From positions 330,001-362,000 of the forward strand of contig CP006915.1 of the NCBI GenBank assembly GCA_000503915.1: a stretch of DNA of 32,000 nucleotides, given 5' to 3'. Source of the stretch: Candidatus Saccharimonadota bacterium (GTDB lineage: Bacteria; Patescibacteriota; Saccharimonadia; Saccharimonadales; Saccharimonadaceae). Position 1 is the first letter of the stretch. Each line of letters starts with the position of its first letter. The translations under genes and the position numbers were made by a program. The notes beneath the pieces were generated by a model that was given only the letters and a program-made list of their open reading frames with translations, did not search any database and had not been told where the DNA came from. Shown piece after piece: positions 1 through 8,595 of the stretch.

Positions 1-74
1 AGGCCGCAGCGAACGGCCAGATGGCCGCACCGCTAGACCCAGCAAGTCTAACGATCTGTGATGGGTGTGAGTGA
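1..74 (+). CDS. 3' end of a gene entering from the left edge, probably the ribonucleotide reductase large subunit (NrdA-like C-terminal tail)
   Basis: Frame 3 is open from the window edge to TGA 72-74 (AAANGQMAAPLDPASLTICDGCE*). The terminal CxxC pair resembles the redox-shuttle cysteines at class I R1 C-termini. It lies directly upstream of nrdB. Only 24 codons are visible. Confidence 0.35.
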   Translation, partial: AAANGQMAAPLDPASLTICDGCE

Positions 75-205
75 TGGGCGAGCAGCTATCGATTCGCGAA
101 ATTGATGAACAACTGAAACAGTTCCTCGACGAACCGCTTGCAGAGATTGCACTTGCGGGAACCGTCGAACTGTAAACGGAAGAAAAGAGAAGCAAAGGAG
201 GTGTA

Positions 206-1267
206 ATGTCAGGAATATTAGGTACCGGTATCCAGGACGGGCTGCTCTTAAAGCCGGTTCATTACCCGTGGGCAATGGAACTCTACGATCAGGCGGTCGC
301 TAATACGTGGTTTCCAAATGAGATTCAGCTCGGTCAGGATCTTTCCGACTGGAAAAAGATGACCGATGAGGAGCGCCATGCACTGACCTACCTCATGAGC
401 TACTTCAACCCGAACGAGCTGCTGGTCAATAAAGCTTTGGCCTTTGGCGTCTACCCTTACGTCAATGCTGCTGAGTGTCATCTCTATCTTGCGAAACAGA
501 TGTGGGAAGAAGCCAATCACTGTATGAGCTTCGAGTACGTGCTCGAAACTTTCCCAATCGACCGCGACCAGGCCTACGCCGGCCATGTCGAAGTCGACAG
601 CATGCGCATCAAGGAAGAGTTTGAGACAAAGTATATCAAGCGCATGACCGAAGACACGCTTGATATTACGACGACCGAGGGTAAAAAAGACTTTGTACGC
701 AATCTCATCGCTTACAATATCATCCTTGAGGGTATCTGGTTCTACAGTGGCTTTATGGTGGCGCTTTCTTTCCGCCAGCGCAACCTGATGCGTAACTTCG
801 GCAGCCTCATGGACTGGATTATTCGTGACGAGAGCCTCCACCTCAAGTTTGGCATCAACCTCATCCTGACTGTGCTGGAGGAAAACGAGGATCTACAGAC
901 CGAGGAGTTTGCAAATGAAATCAAGCAAATGATCCTCGACGCTGTCGATATGGAAGAGCAGTACAACAAAGACCTACTGCCAAAGGGTATCCTCGGCCTG
1001 AACGCTGACTACGTCAACCAGTACGTCAAGTATCTGACTGACCGCCGTCTCGAAGAACTTGGCTTTGAACCACACTACAAGGTATCAAACCCCGCTAAGT
1101 GGATGGCCGCTGCCAACGACACGCTCGAGCTGGTCAACTTCTTTGAAAGTACCAACACCAGCTACGAAGTGAATGCAGGTAACAGCGCTTCAGCGATGAA
1201 GGGCGGCAAAAGCCCTAGCGCCGATCGCGGTGAAAATAACCCCGACGAGAGCATTCTCGATAAATAA
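206..1267 (+). CDS. nrdB: ribonucleotide reductase small subunit R2 (class I, with a class Ic-type ligand pattern)
   Basis: 353-aa ORF with AAGGAGG at 195-201, 4 nt before ATG 206. Ferritin-like R2 ligands are E71, E102xxH105, E175 and E209xxH212, with the same spacings as E. coli R2. F109 occupies the radical-Tyr position. A C-terminal Tyr is present (TSYEV). Confidence 0.93.
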   Translation: MSGILGTGIQDGLLLKPVHYPWAMELYDQAVANTWFPNEIQLGQDLSDWKKMTDEERHALTYLMSYFNPNELLVNKALAFGVYPYVNAAECHLYLAKQMWEEANHCMSFEYVLETFPIDRDQAYAGHVEVDSMRIKEEFETKYIKRMTEDTLDITTTEGKKDFVRNLIAYNIILEGIWFYSGFMVALSFRQRNLMRNFGSLMDWIIRDESLHLKFGINLILTVLEENEDLQTEEFANEIKQMILDAVDMEEQYNKDLLPKGILGLNADYVNQYVKYLTDRRLEELGFEPHYKVSNPAKWMAAANDTLELVNFFESTNTSYEVNAGNSASAMKGGKSPSADRGENNPDESILDK

Positions 1268-1300
1268 ACGTCCATAAGTTTAACAAACTGGGTTACGAAC

Positions 1301-1333
1301 GGGTGTGGTGACACAAAAAGCCACATCCGTTTT
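1301..1333 (+). terminator. putative intrinsic terminator after nrdB
   Basis: GGGTGTGG (1301-1308) pairs with CCACATCC (1321-1328), with one G-T pair and a 12-nt loop, followed by GTTTTG. Confidence 0.45.
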
Positions 1334-1359
1334 GCTCTCAGCAAATAGGAGACTACCAC

Positions 1360-1464
1360 GTGAACGTCAAAACAACCATTAAAGTATCTGCGCTCATCGC
1401 CGCACTGATCGTGATGTACCTTGGTGTGTTTATGATTGAAGCAGCTCGGTATCGGCTAGGCTAA
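1360..1464 (+). CDS. possible 34-aa small membrane protein upstream of mntH
   Basis: GTG 1360 follows AGGAG (1347-1351). The translation VNVKTTIKVSALIAALIVMYLGVFMIEAARYRLG* has one hydrophobic helix. It is too short for the ORF track and has no homology support. Confidence 0.25.
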   Translation: MNVKTTIKVSALIAALIVMYLGVFMIEAARYRLG

Positions 1465-1487
1465 TCTGATGAAGAGAGAAGACAGGA

Positions 1488-2702
1488 ATGGTTCGTAAAG
1501 CCCGACGTGTATTGACACTACTTGGTCCCGCCTTCGTGGCGGCGGTGGCCTATGTTGATCCGGGCAATTTCGCGGCAAACTTCTCGGCAGGTGCCGAGTA
1601 CGGCTACGCACTTTTGTGGGTACTCGTCTTCGCCAACCTGATGGCCAGCCTGGTACAGTATCTTTCGGCCAAAGTCGGTCTGGTGACTGGCATGAGCTTA
1701 CCGGAAGTTATTGCTAAAAAACTTGGCCGTAAAAGCCGTATCGCCTATTGGTTACAGGCCGAAGCGGTCGCCATTTCGACCGACCTTGCCGAGGTGATCG
1801 GTGGGGCGATTGCGCTTAATATTCTCTTTGGTCTGCCACTACTTCTCGGCGCTGTTATCACTGGTCTGGTGTCGCTGCTGCTGCTCTTTATCTACACCAG
1901 GCGAGGGCAGCGGCTGTTTGAGCGGATTATCGTCGGACTACTACTGATCATTCCGCTCGGTTTTTTTGCCGGCCTTATCATCCAGCCGCCCGATGCGAGC
2001 GCGGTTGTCGCCGGGTTGCTACCACAGCTGCGCAATGGCGATATGGTACTACTAGCCGCCGCCATGCTTGGTGCAACCGTCATGCCGCACGTTGTCTATC
2101 TACACTCAGCACTTAGCCGCGACCGTCACGGCAAAGCAAAGAAAGAAGAGCTGACAAAACTCTTGAAGGCGACCAAAATCGATGTTGGCCTTGCCATGGT
2201 GCTGGCGGGAAGCGTCAATATCTCTATGCTGTTGCTTGCCGCCTCGGCTTTGCGCGGTCAGCCAGGCGTCGATAGTCTTGATGGCATTTTTACGGCGCTT
2301 GGTAGCCAGGTCAGCCCGATTGTCGGCGGGCTGTTTGGCCTCAGTCTGCTCGTCTCTGGCTTCGCTTCGACGACGGTGGGCGCGCACGCTGGTGTAGTCA
2401 TCATGGACGGTATGCTGAGCCGCAGCATCCCGCTGCTGGTTCGCCGCATCATTACGATCATCCCAGCGGTTGTTATTGTCGGCTTTGGCATCGACCCCAC
2501 GCAGGCGCTTATCATTTCTCAGGTAATCTTGAGCTTTGGTATCCCATTTGCGCTGATTCCGCTGCTTCTGGCAACCTCGAGCAGGAAAATCATGGGAGTG
2601 GAGCGCAATCACTGGGCGATTATCGCTGTACTGAGCGCTATTACTGCCGTCATCGTGGTACTCAATATCGCACTGATTTGGCTGACAGTCGCGGGTTCCT
2701 GA
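1488..2702 (+). CDS. mntH: Nramp-family divalent metal (Mn2+/Fe2+):proton symporter
   Basis: 404-aa polytopic membrane ORF with the Nramp signature AYVDPGNFAANF near the N-terminus and the MPHVVYLHS motif. Confidence 0.9.
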   Translation: MVRKARRVLTLLGPAFVAAVAYVDPGNFAANFSAGAEYGYALLWVLVFANLMASLVQYLSAKVGLVTGMSLPEVIAKKLGRKSRIAYWLQAEAVAISTDLAEVIGGAIALNILFGLPLLLGAVITGLVSLLLLFIYTRRGQRLFERIIVGLLLIIPLGFFAGLIIQPPDASAVVAGLLPQLRNGDMVLLAAAMLGATVMPHVVYLHSALSRDRHGKAKKEELTKLLKATKIDVGLAMVLAGSVNISMLLLAASALRGQPGVDSLDGIFTALGSQVSPIVGGLFGLSLLVSGFASTTVGAHAGVVIMDGMLSRSIPLLVRRIITIIPAVVIVGFGIDPTQALIISQVILSFGIPFALIPLLLATSSRKIMGVERNHWAIIAVLSAITAVIVVLNIALIWLTVAGS

Positions 2703-2743
2703 GACAACACTATACGTTATATAGCAATAGGCTGCTAAGGGAG

Positions 2744-2749
2744 TATAAT
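2744..2749 (+). promoter_or_regulatory. -10 box (TATAAT) 6 nt upstream of the zwf ATG, a leaderless-type promoter
   Basis: TATAAT 2744-2749, spacer gaaact, ATG 2756. No SD sits at normal spacing. Confidence 0.5.
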
Positions 2750-2755
2750 GAAACT

Positions 2756-4042
2756 ATGAAGACAAAACTTGTCGTGTTTGGTATTACGGGTGACTTGAGT
2801 CGTCGTAAATTATTGCCGGCCTTGGATCAAATTATCAGTACCGGTGACTTCGATGACCTCTCGGTTATTGGGGTGTCCAGGCGCCAGGTGGACGTCCAAA
2901 CGCTTATTACGGATGCGCTCGGCAGCAGTAGCAAGCTGTCGAGCCGAATGTCCATATTTTCGATGGATCTCGCCCGAGCAGACGATTACGATGCGCTGCG
3001 TGAGCATATTGATTTGCAAGCCGATGAACAGTTACTTGTCTATCTATCGGTGCCACCGACTGCATCGGCGCAAATCGTTGGTTTTCTGGGTGAAGCGGGT
3101 CTGAATACGCCGAACGTTAAGATCTTGTTTGAGAAGCCATTCGGGATGGATCTTGTCTCCGCAGAGGAAGCAATTGCTCGCACGGCGCGTTACTACAGTG
3201 AAGATCAGATCTACCGTATCGACCATTTCTTGGCCAAAGCGATGGCGCAAAATATCATTACCTTCCGTGCTCGCAATGCGATCTTTGGTCATTTGTGGCA
3301 CGCCAAGGCTATCTCGCGTATTGAAGTGATTGCCAGCGAGAAAATTGGCATCGAAGGGCGTGTCCAATTTTACGAGCAAACCGGCGCGCTACGCGATATC
3401 GTGCAAGGGCACCTTATGCAACTGCTCGCATTGACGCTGCTCGATGTACCGGCTGAGCTTGACTGGGACAAGCTTCCTGAGCTGCGTATGGCGGCACTGG
3501 CGCAGATTCAGCCGGCAAATCCTCAACTGGCAGTCCGGGCGCAGTACGAGAGTTACGAAACGGAGGTGGCTAATCCAAATAGTCAAACCGAGACATTTGT
3601 GTCGCTCCAGTTATTTTCACAGGCTGAACACTGGAAAGACGTACCGCTCATCTTGACGACGGGCAAAGCCCTCGACCGCAAAAGAACCGAAGTTAGAATT
3701 CACTTTAAAAAATACTCAGACTCACAGACAAACTGTCTGGTGCTCGGTATTCAGCCCAACGAGGGTATAGAGATTGAGCTATACACGAAAAAGCCAGGCT
3801 ATGATCACCAGCTGGAACGTCAGCAGCTCAGCTTTACGTATCCGGCCGACGTCACATTGCCCGATGCATATGAGCAAGTCTTGGTTGATGCCATGCGTTC
3901 ACGTAAGAGCCTATTTACCTGTAGTGATGAAGTCCTGCGCAGCTGGGAAATTTTAAAACCAATCCAAGATGCATGGAATATGGATAACCAGCCTCTAAAA
4001 AAATACGCAAATGGGGCGACGATCGAACAGGTGATACGTTGA
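2756..4042 (+). CDS. zwf: glucose-6-phosphate 1-dehydrogenase
   Basis: The ORF is open from 2678, but the conserved N-terminus starts at ATG 2756 (MKTKLVVFGITGDLSRRKLLPAL, the GxxGDLxxRK dinucleotide-binding motif). EKPFG and RIDHFLAK active-site motifs are present. The 2678 start would overlap mntH. Confidence 0.92.
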   Translation: MKTKLVVFGITGDLSRRKLLPALDQIISTGDFDDLSVIGVSRRQVDVQTLITDALGSSSKLSSRMSIFSMDLARADDYDALREHIDLQADEQLLVYLSVPPTASAQIVGFLGEAGLNTPNVKILFEKPFGMDLVSAEEAIARTARYYSEDQIYRIDHFLAKAMAQNIITFRARNAIFGHLWHAKAISRIEVIASEKIGIEGRVQFYEQTGALRDIVQGHLMQLLALTLLDVPAELDWDKLPELRMAALAQIQPANPQLAVRAQYESYETEVANPNSQTETFVSLQLFSQAEHWKDVPLILTTGKALDRKRTEVRIHFKKYSDSQTNCLVLGIQPNEGIEIELYTKKPGYDHQLERQQLSFTYPADVTLPDAYEQVLVDAMRSRKSLFTCSDEVLRSWEILKPIQDAWNMDNQPLKKYANGATIEQVIR

Positions 4043-4051
4043 GCGTCGTGT

Positions 4052-4960
4052 CTACTGCTGCCCGTCGATATTGTGGCCGCCAAACTTGTTGCGCATAGCG
4101 GCGAGCAGTTTGGTGGCAAAATTGGTGTCGCCCTTTTGTGAAGCGACCCGGACGTCAAATGAGGCTTGGATGGCGGGCATCGGGATATCGAGCTGCCCCG
4201 CGGTTTCGAGTGTCCAGCGAGCTTCACCCGACTCGGCGACGACGCCGCCAATCTTGTCGAGCTCCGGATTTTCACGCAGGGCTTGCCTAGTAAGGTCATT
4301 GAGCCAACTGGTGATAACGCTGCTTTGTTGCCAAACATCACCAGCTTTTACGAGGTTGATATCACTATACGGACCTTCTTTCAGCATGCGGTAACCTTCA
4401 GCCAACGACTCCATCATGCCGTATTCGATAGCGTTATGAACCATCTTAACGTAGTGGCCAGAACCACTGGCGCTAAAAAATTCATGTCCGCCGTGAGGAC
4501 TTGCGAGTGTATCAAGAGCCGGAGTAACCTGCTGATAGGCGGCCGCGTCACCGCCAACCATCATCGAAAATCCGTTTTGCATACCCCAGACACCACCACT
4601 GGTACCAATATCGAGCAGGGTAGAGCCGGCTGCTTTCACTTTCTCGGCACGAGCGTTGTCGCCGCGGTAGTCGCTGTTGCCACCATCGATGACAATACTG
4701 CCGGCTGGCAAGATATCGAGCCAAGCTACCAGCTCGTTCTCGATGGCCGCTGCTGGGATCATGATCCATAGGATGACAGGCTCAGTACCAAACGCGTCGA
4801 TGACCGACTGCCGATCGTATGCCGCGGTAGCGCCGTGAGCTACAGCTTCTTCGATGGGTTCAGGACTGCGGTTGTAGGCGATGACATGGTGGCCGTCTGC
4901 GGCTAATTTTTGTGCGATTTGGCTGCCCATACGACCCAGTCCGACGATGGCGATTTTCAT
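4052..4960 (-). CDS. gnd: 6-phosphogluconate dehydrogenase (decarboxylating), short ~300-aa Gnd/YqeC-like form
   Basis: 302 aa with N-terminal Rossmann MKIAIVGLGRMGSQIA. The family-typical core GGNSxY (GGNSDYRGD) is present. An ATGA overlap joins it to upstream pgl on the minus strand (4957-4960). Confidence 0.88.
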   Translation of the reverse strand: MKIAIVGLGRMGSQIAQKLAADGHHVIAYNRSPEPIEEAVAHGATAAYDRQSVIDAFGTEPVILWIMIPAAAIENELVAWLDILPAGSIVIDGGNSDYRGDNARAEKVKAAGSTLLDIGTSGGVWGMQNGFSMMVGGDAAAYQQVTPALDTLASPHGGHEFFSASGSGHYVKMVHNAIEYGMMESLAEGYRMLKEGPYSDINLVKAGDVWQQSSVITSWLNDLTRQALRENPELDKIGGVVAESGEARWTLETAGQLDIPMPAIQASFDVRVASQKGDTNFATKLLAAMRNKFGGHNIDGQQ

Positions 4961-5643
4961 AGGTCTCCCTCCAATGTATTAGTTGTGTATAAGGTTGAAC
5001 GATGAACATTTTTCAGAAGCTGCGCCGGCTGATCGTCAGTTGGTACATCAAGCGAGAGCACTTCTTCTAGTATAGTCTGTTTATCTGCGCCCGAGGCTTG
5101 GATGACGACTTCGTTGAGTAGCCCTATGACGGCCGGCGTGATGGTGATGCGGGTAAAGTCATCGCCTTTAAAGCTAGTGGCAAACTGTTGGCTGATCACG
5201 GCAGGGGAGTGCGGTTTGATGCCGGCGGTATGTCCGTCTGCACCGATGCCAAATATCCCTAGCTTGTAGTCTGTCAGCGCCAATGTGCGTTCTAGCCACG
5301 TGTTGAAATCTGCGGTAGTGTCACCCAGGCTGCCACCGGTAAGCGGTCGGTAGAGCTGCGCATTTTGCAGCTGAAATCCACTGTCGAGCAGTTGCTGCCA
5401 GTTTTCATCTTTGTGGCCTACGAGCCCGTAGCGCTCGTCGGTCAATGTAACGTACAGGTTCGTCGTGTCGGTCTGCGTGAGCAAGTTCGCTGCCTCGGTG
5501 GCAATAGTAAGGCTTGACCCTCCCGACAGAAGCCACAAAACCGATTTTCCAGTCTGAAGTTGAGAGTGGAGGCTTTCTGCCACCGCGACTGCAGCTTGTT
5601 CGATCGCTTGGTTTACCGTACTACTTCGTCTAACGTTAATCAC
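4957..5643 (-). CDS. pgl: 6-phosphogluconolactonase
   Basis: 228 aa of the NagB/Pgl-fold family with GIGADGHTAG. It has a GTG start (complement of 5641-5643) and forms an operon with gnd. Confidence 0.85.
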   Translation of the reverse strand: MINVRRSSTVNQAIEQAAVAVAESLHSQLQTGKSVLWLLSGGSSLTIATEAANLLTQTDTTNLYVTLTDERYGLVGHKDENWQQLLDSGFQLQNAQLYRPLTGGSLGDTTADFNTWLERTLALTDYKLGIFGIGADGHTAGIKPHSPAVISQQFATSFKGDDFTRITITPAVIGLLNEVVIQASGADKQTILEEVLSLDVPTDDQPAQLLKNVHRSTLYTTNTLEGDL

Positions 5644-5741
5644 TATACCTTATATAGTAACACATTTCGTAATAGATGGTTATGGCGCTCTGAGACAAGG
5701 GATACTTTGAAAGTATTTTCAACTCAAAAAACTCTTGCGGC

Positions 5742-5774
5742 GTTGTAATTTAAGCGTATACTAAAAATTACAAC
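5742..5774. promoter_or_regulatory. 10-bp perfect inverted repeat flanking a TATACT box upstream of the SGNH gene
   Basis: GTTGTAATTT (5742-5751) and AAATTACAAC (5765-5774) are separated by 13 nt containing TATACT (5757-5762). GAGG (5783-5786) and GTG 5793 lie downstream. Confidence 0.4.
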
Positions 5775-5792
5775 ATAACCATGAGGTAGTGG

Positions 5793-8595
5793 GTGGGCAA
5801 GAGTAGATATCTACTGCAAATATTGCTTTTTAGTGGAATGCTTAGTGTGGTCGCGCCTCCGCTCTGTGCTTATGCCTACGGCTCATGGAAAGACGGTAAT
5901 TTTAGCTGGGGTGAAAGTAAAAGGTTATCATCTCTTCCTGATGAAGAACGATGCCAGCCAACCTCCGTTACCATTGTCGGCGTGTCGTCGCTAAACGAAT
6001 TTGCTACGGTTTGCATATACGACCGGCCGGATTTTCGCTACGCGATCTACAACAAGTATATTAATCTCGGTTATGGTGGTTATACGAACCGTTATTTTGT
6101 CGTTAGCCTCGGGAGTGACCACAACATGTATGTGGTAGATGGTATCAATACGTCGCAGTTGCCACTTGATGTGCCGAGTAGTAATGACTTACATTTTAAT
6201 ACGCTCACCATGGGATTTACGAATAATCATTTTCTCTCGTATATTCCTGATTTTATTAGAAAGCTCCACCGGCTTACCTCACTCGACCAGCCAGCACGCT
6301 ATGAGCTCACTGAAGGAGCCGAACAACCATTTATCCCGTACAGCCAGGAACATAGAGTTATAACAGGGGCGGTTGGTGTTTCGGATGACGGTGACTGGAT
6401 TGTGGCTGAGGTGATGGGGGCTGGTCTGATCCGCATTAATACCGCTACGCGCTATATTCAAGGCTTCTCGAACTACGTCCACCGTTACGGTGTCGGCAGC
6501 GATGCGCATATGGCCTTTCGTATTACCAGTGACGGTACTAAGGTTGCGGCTTTTGACTACAATATAACGCCGGCTGTCTATACGCTTGAGTCTGGTTGTC
6601 TGGTCGGCACAGACACCTATAGCGAGGCATTTGCATTTGCCCTTCACAGCCAGTCGTGTCCAAGTGATGAGATGCGGCTGTATAATGCCTTGAACCAGCG
6701 GTATACACCGCAACTCGCTCGCGGCATGAGCGCTAGTGGCTTTAACCTAGATGGTGATACGCTTTACTTTGATAACTATGTGTATGAGGATGAAAATGAT
6801 TGGATGAACCCAACCGTTTATCGGACACCGCTTTACGCCGGAGGATATAGGGCAGATGACGGATTGGATTATCTCGCGCTAGGTGACTCGTATGCGAGTG
6901 GTGAAGGTGATATTGAGACAAAGTCAGACGGATCAACGTATTATTCAGGAGGAACCGAAAAAAAGGGTCAGTGCCACGTTAGCAACCGATCGTACCCATT
7001 TCTTCTTAGGGATGATAAAGATATAAGCCCAACACGGATGCATTCCGTAGCCTGTTCGGGTGCCGAAGTACTGCCCGATTATGTGAGCGTAGCCGAGACG
7101 TATTTAGGGCAAGGCAAACGACTGGCGAGCCTGTCGCCATCAGATCGGAAGACAGTTAAAGACGGTGCGCTTGGTAGCTTTGCTCCAGGCAATTTGCCGC
7201 AGCTTGAATTTGTCAAAAAATACCGACCAAAAGTCATTACACTGATGGGCGGCGGCAATGACGTTGGCTTCGCGCGCATATTGCAATACTGCGCAACCCC
7301 GTCGTGGGAAGGGATTTTTGTCCAACAATACCTGCGGGTATGCGGTAGAAGGCAGCCCTTTGCGCACTATGCTGGCACAAAGCATCCAGAGTCAGTATCA
7401 ATATACACTCCTGCTGCTCCGGAAAATAAAGCAAGCTTCGCCCGGCACGACGGTATATGTGATTGGCTACCCGAGTTTTATCAGCGGTGACTCCGGGGCA
7501 AATTGCTTCAACTCAGCGGCGCTTGATGGCGAGGAGAGAACCATGATCAATGAAGGTGTGGCTTTCATGAACTCGGCACTTGAGGCAGCAGCGACTTCTA
7601 TGGGTGTGCACTATATCGATATCCAGGATGTTCTAGAGGGGGGCCGGCTGTGCGAAGGCTCGGAGTATGTGACGGGGTTGTCGGATTTGGGGCTTGAGAA
7701 AATAGCGAATAAAGATACAGGAGAGGTATTTCATCCTAACGCAAAAGCTCACGATAAGATCGCTCGGCGGATTGTTGCCCAAGGCTTTCAGGTAGAGCCA
7801 GGACGCAATAGTGAGACATTATCTGAGCCGATAGAGCCGCCACCGCCGTCATACTTTGCAGGTGCAGAGCAGAAACAAGCCGTACAACATACCGTTACCA
7901 CTGATTCGGTAGTGGAGGGTAGTACAATGCCGATCATTATGCAAGAAGGCTCTCTAGCGACTGGCTCAAGTGCGATATTGACGATCTATTCTGACGCTAT
8001 TGACCTTGGAAGCGTTTCGGTAAACAGTGCAGGTGGAATTGAGGACACATTAGCGTTGCCATCCTCACTGAAGCCCGGACGTCATGTGTTGACGATTGAT
8101 GGGCTGTCGCCGTCGGGCGAACCGGTCGAGTACTTCCAGTTCGTAACAGTAGCGAGCCGTACGCCGAGCGATGAGGACGGTGATGGCATTGCCGATGCAG
8201 ACGACCAGTGCCCCTTCTTTATCTCGTGGATTGATGAAACGAGCCAGCAAGACATCTGCGTAAGTCCAGCGCCTGGTGAGACAACTACGGCTCCGTCGGA
8301 CGACCGAACGGGTGGCGCATCACCCCAGCCGAATACTAGGGGTGGTCAGGACGCACCAATTTCATCAAGAAAGAACACCAGTCAGGCTGTTGCTACCCTA
8401 AGGAATGAGAGGACATCAAATAGTAATGGCGACGCTACGGAATCAGCCAGAGAAGTCCTTGGAGTGCATCGCGATAGTCCGCTGGCGCTGCATGAGAGTA
8501 GCCGTAATAATGGGTTTATCGTAGGAATTATCGTTTTACTATCGACGCTCACTGTCGGCTATGGCATAGTAAGACGTACAAGGAGAAGGTCATGA
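5793..8595 (+). pseudogene. frameshifted gene for a large secreted, C-terminally anchored SGNH/GDSL hydrolase surface protein (ORFs 5793-7490 and 7258-8595)
   Basis: GTG start after GAGG, with signal peptide MGKSRYLLQILLFSGMLSVVAPPLCAYA. SGNH block I (LALGDSYASGEG, GDS at 6882-6890) and block III (GGGND, 7248-7262) are in frame 0. The rest of the domain (VYVIGYPSF, FHPNAKAHDKIA) is in frame +1. The frames join sensibly at the T5 run 7315-7319. The C-terminus has a DEDGDGIADADDQC Ca-binding-like motif, a Ser/Thr/Pro-rich linker and a TM helix plus RRTRRRS tail. Confidence 0.7.

Noticed and set aside
248-969. Minus-strand ORFs 248-841 (197 aa) and 742-969 inside nrdB
   Set aside because: They are antisense shadows of a gene with clear R2 motifs. 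They have no RBS or promoter, and their composition is odd and Arg/His-rich.
1892-2612. ORFs 1892-2083(-), 2106-2612(-), 2182-2397(+) and 2258-2515(-) inside mntH
   Set aside because: All overlap the well-supported Nramp ORF. Their translations are Arg/Ala-rich, typical of off-frame reading of a hydrophobic gene.
2678-2755. The longer zwf start at ATG 2678
   Set aside because: It would overlap mntH by 25 nt and add 26 non-conserved residues. The conserved G6PD N-terminus and a TATAAT box point to ATG 2756.
3820-4771. ORFs 3820-4341(-), 4071-4394(+) and 4166-4771(+), which overlap zwf/gnd
   Set aside because: They are shadows of the two confidently identified dehydrogenase genes and have no independent signals.
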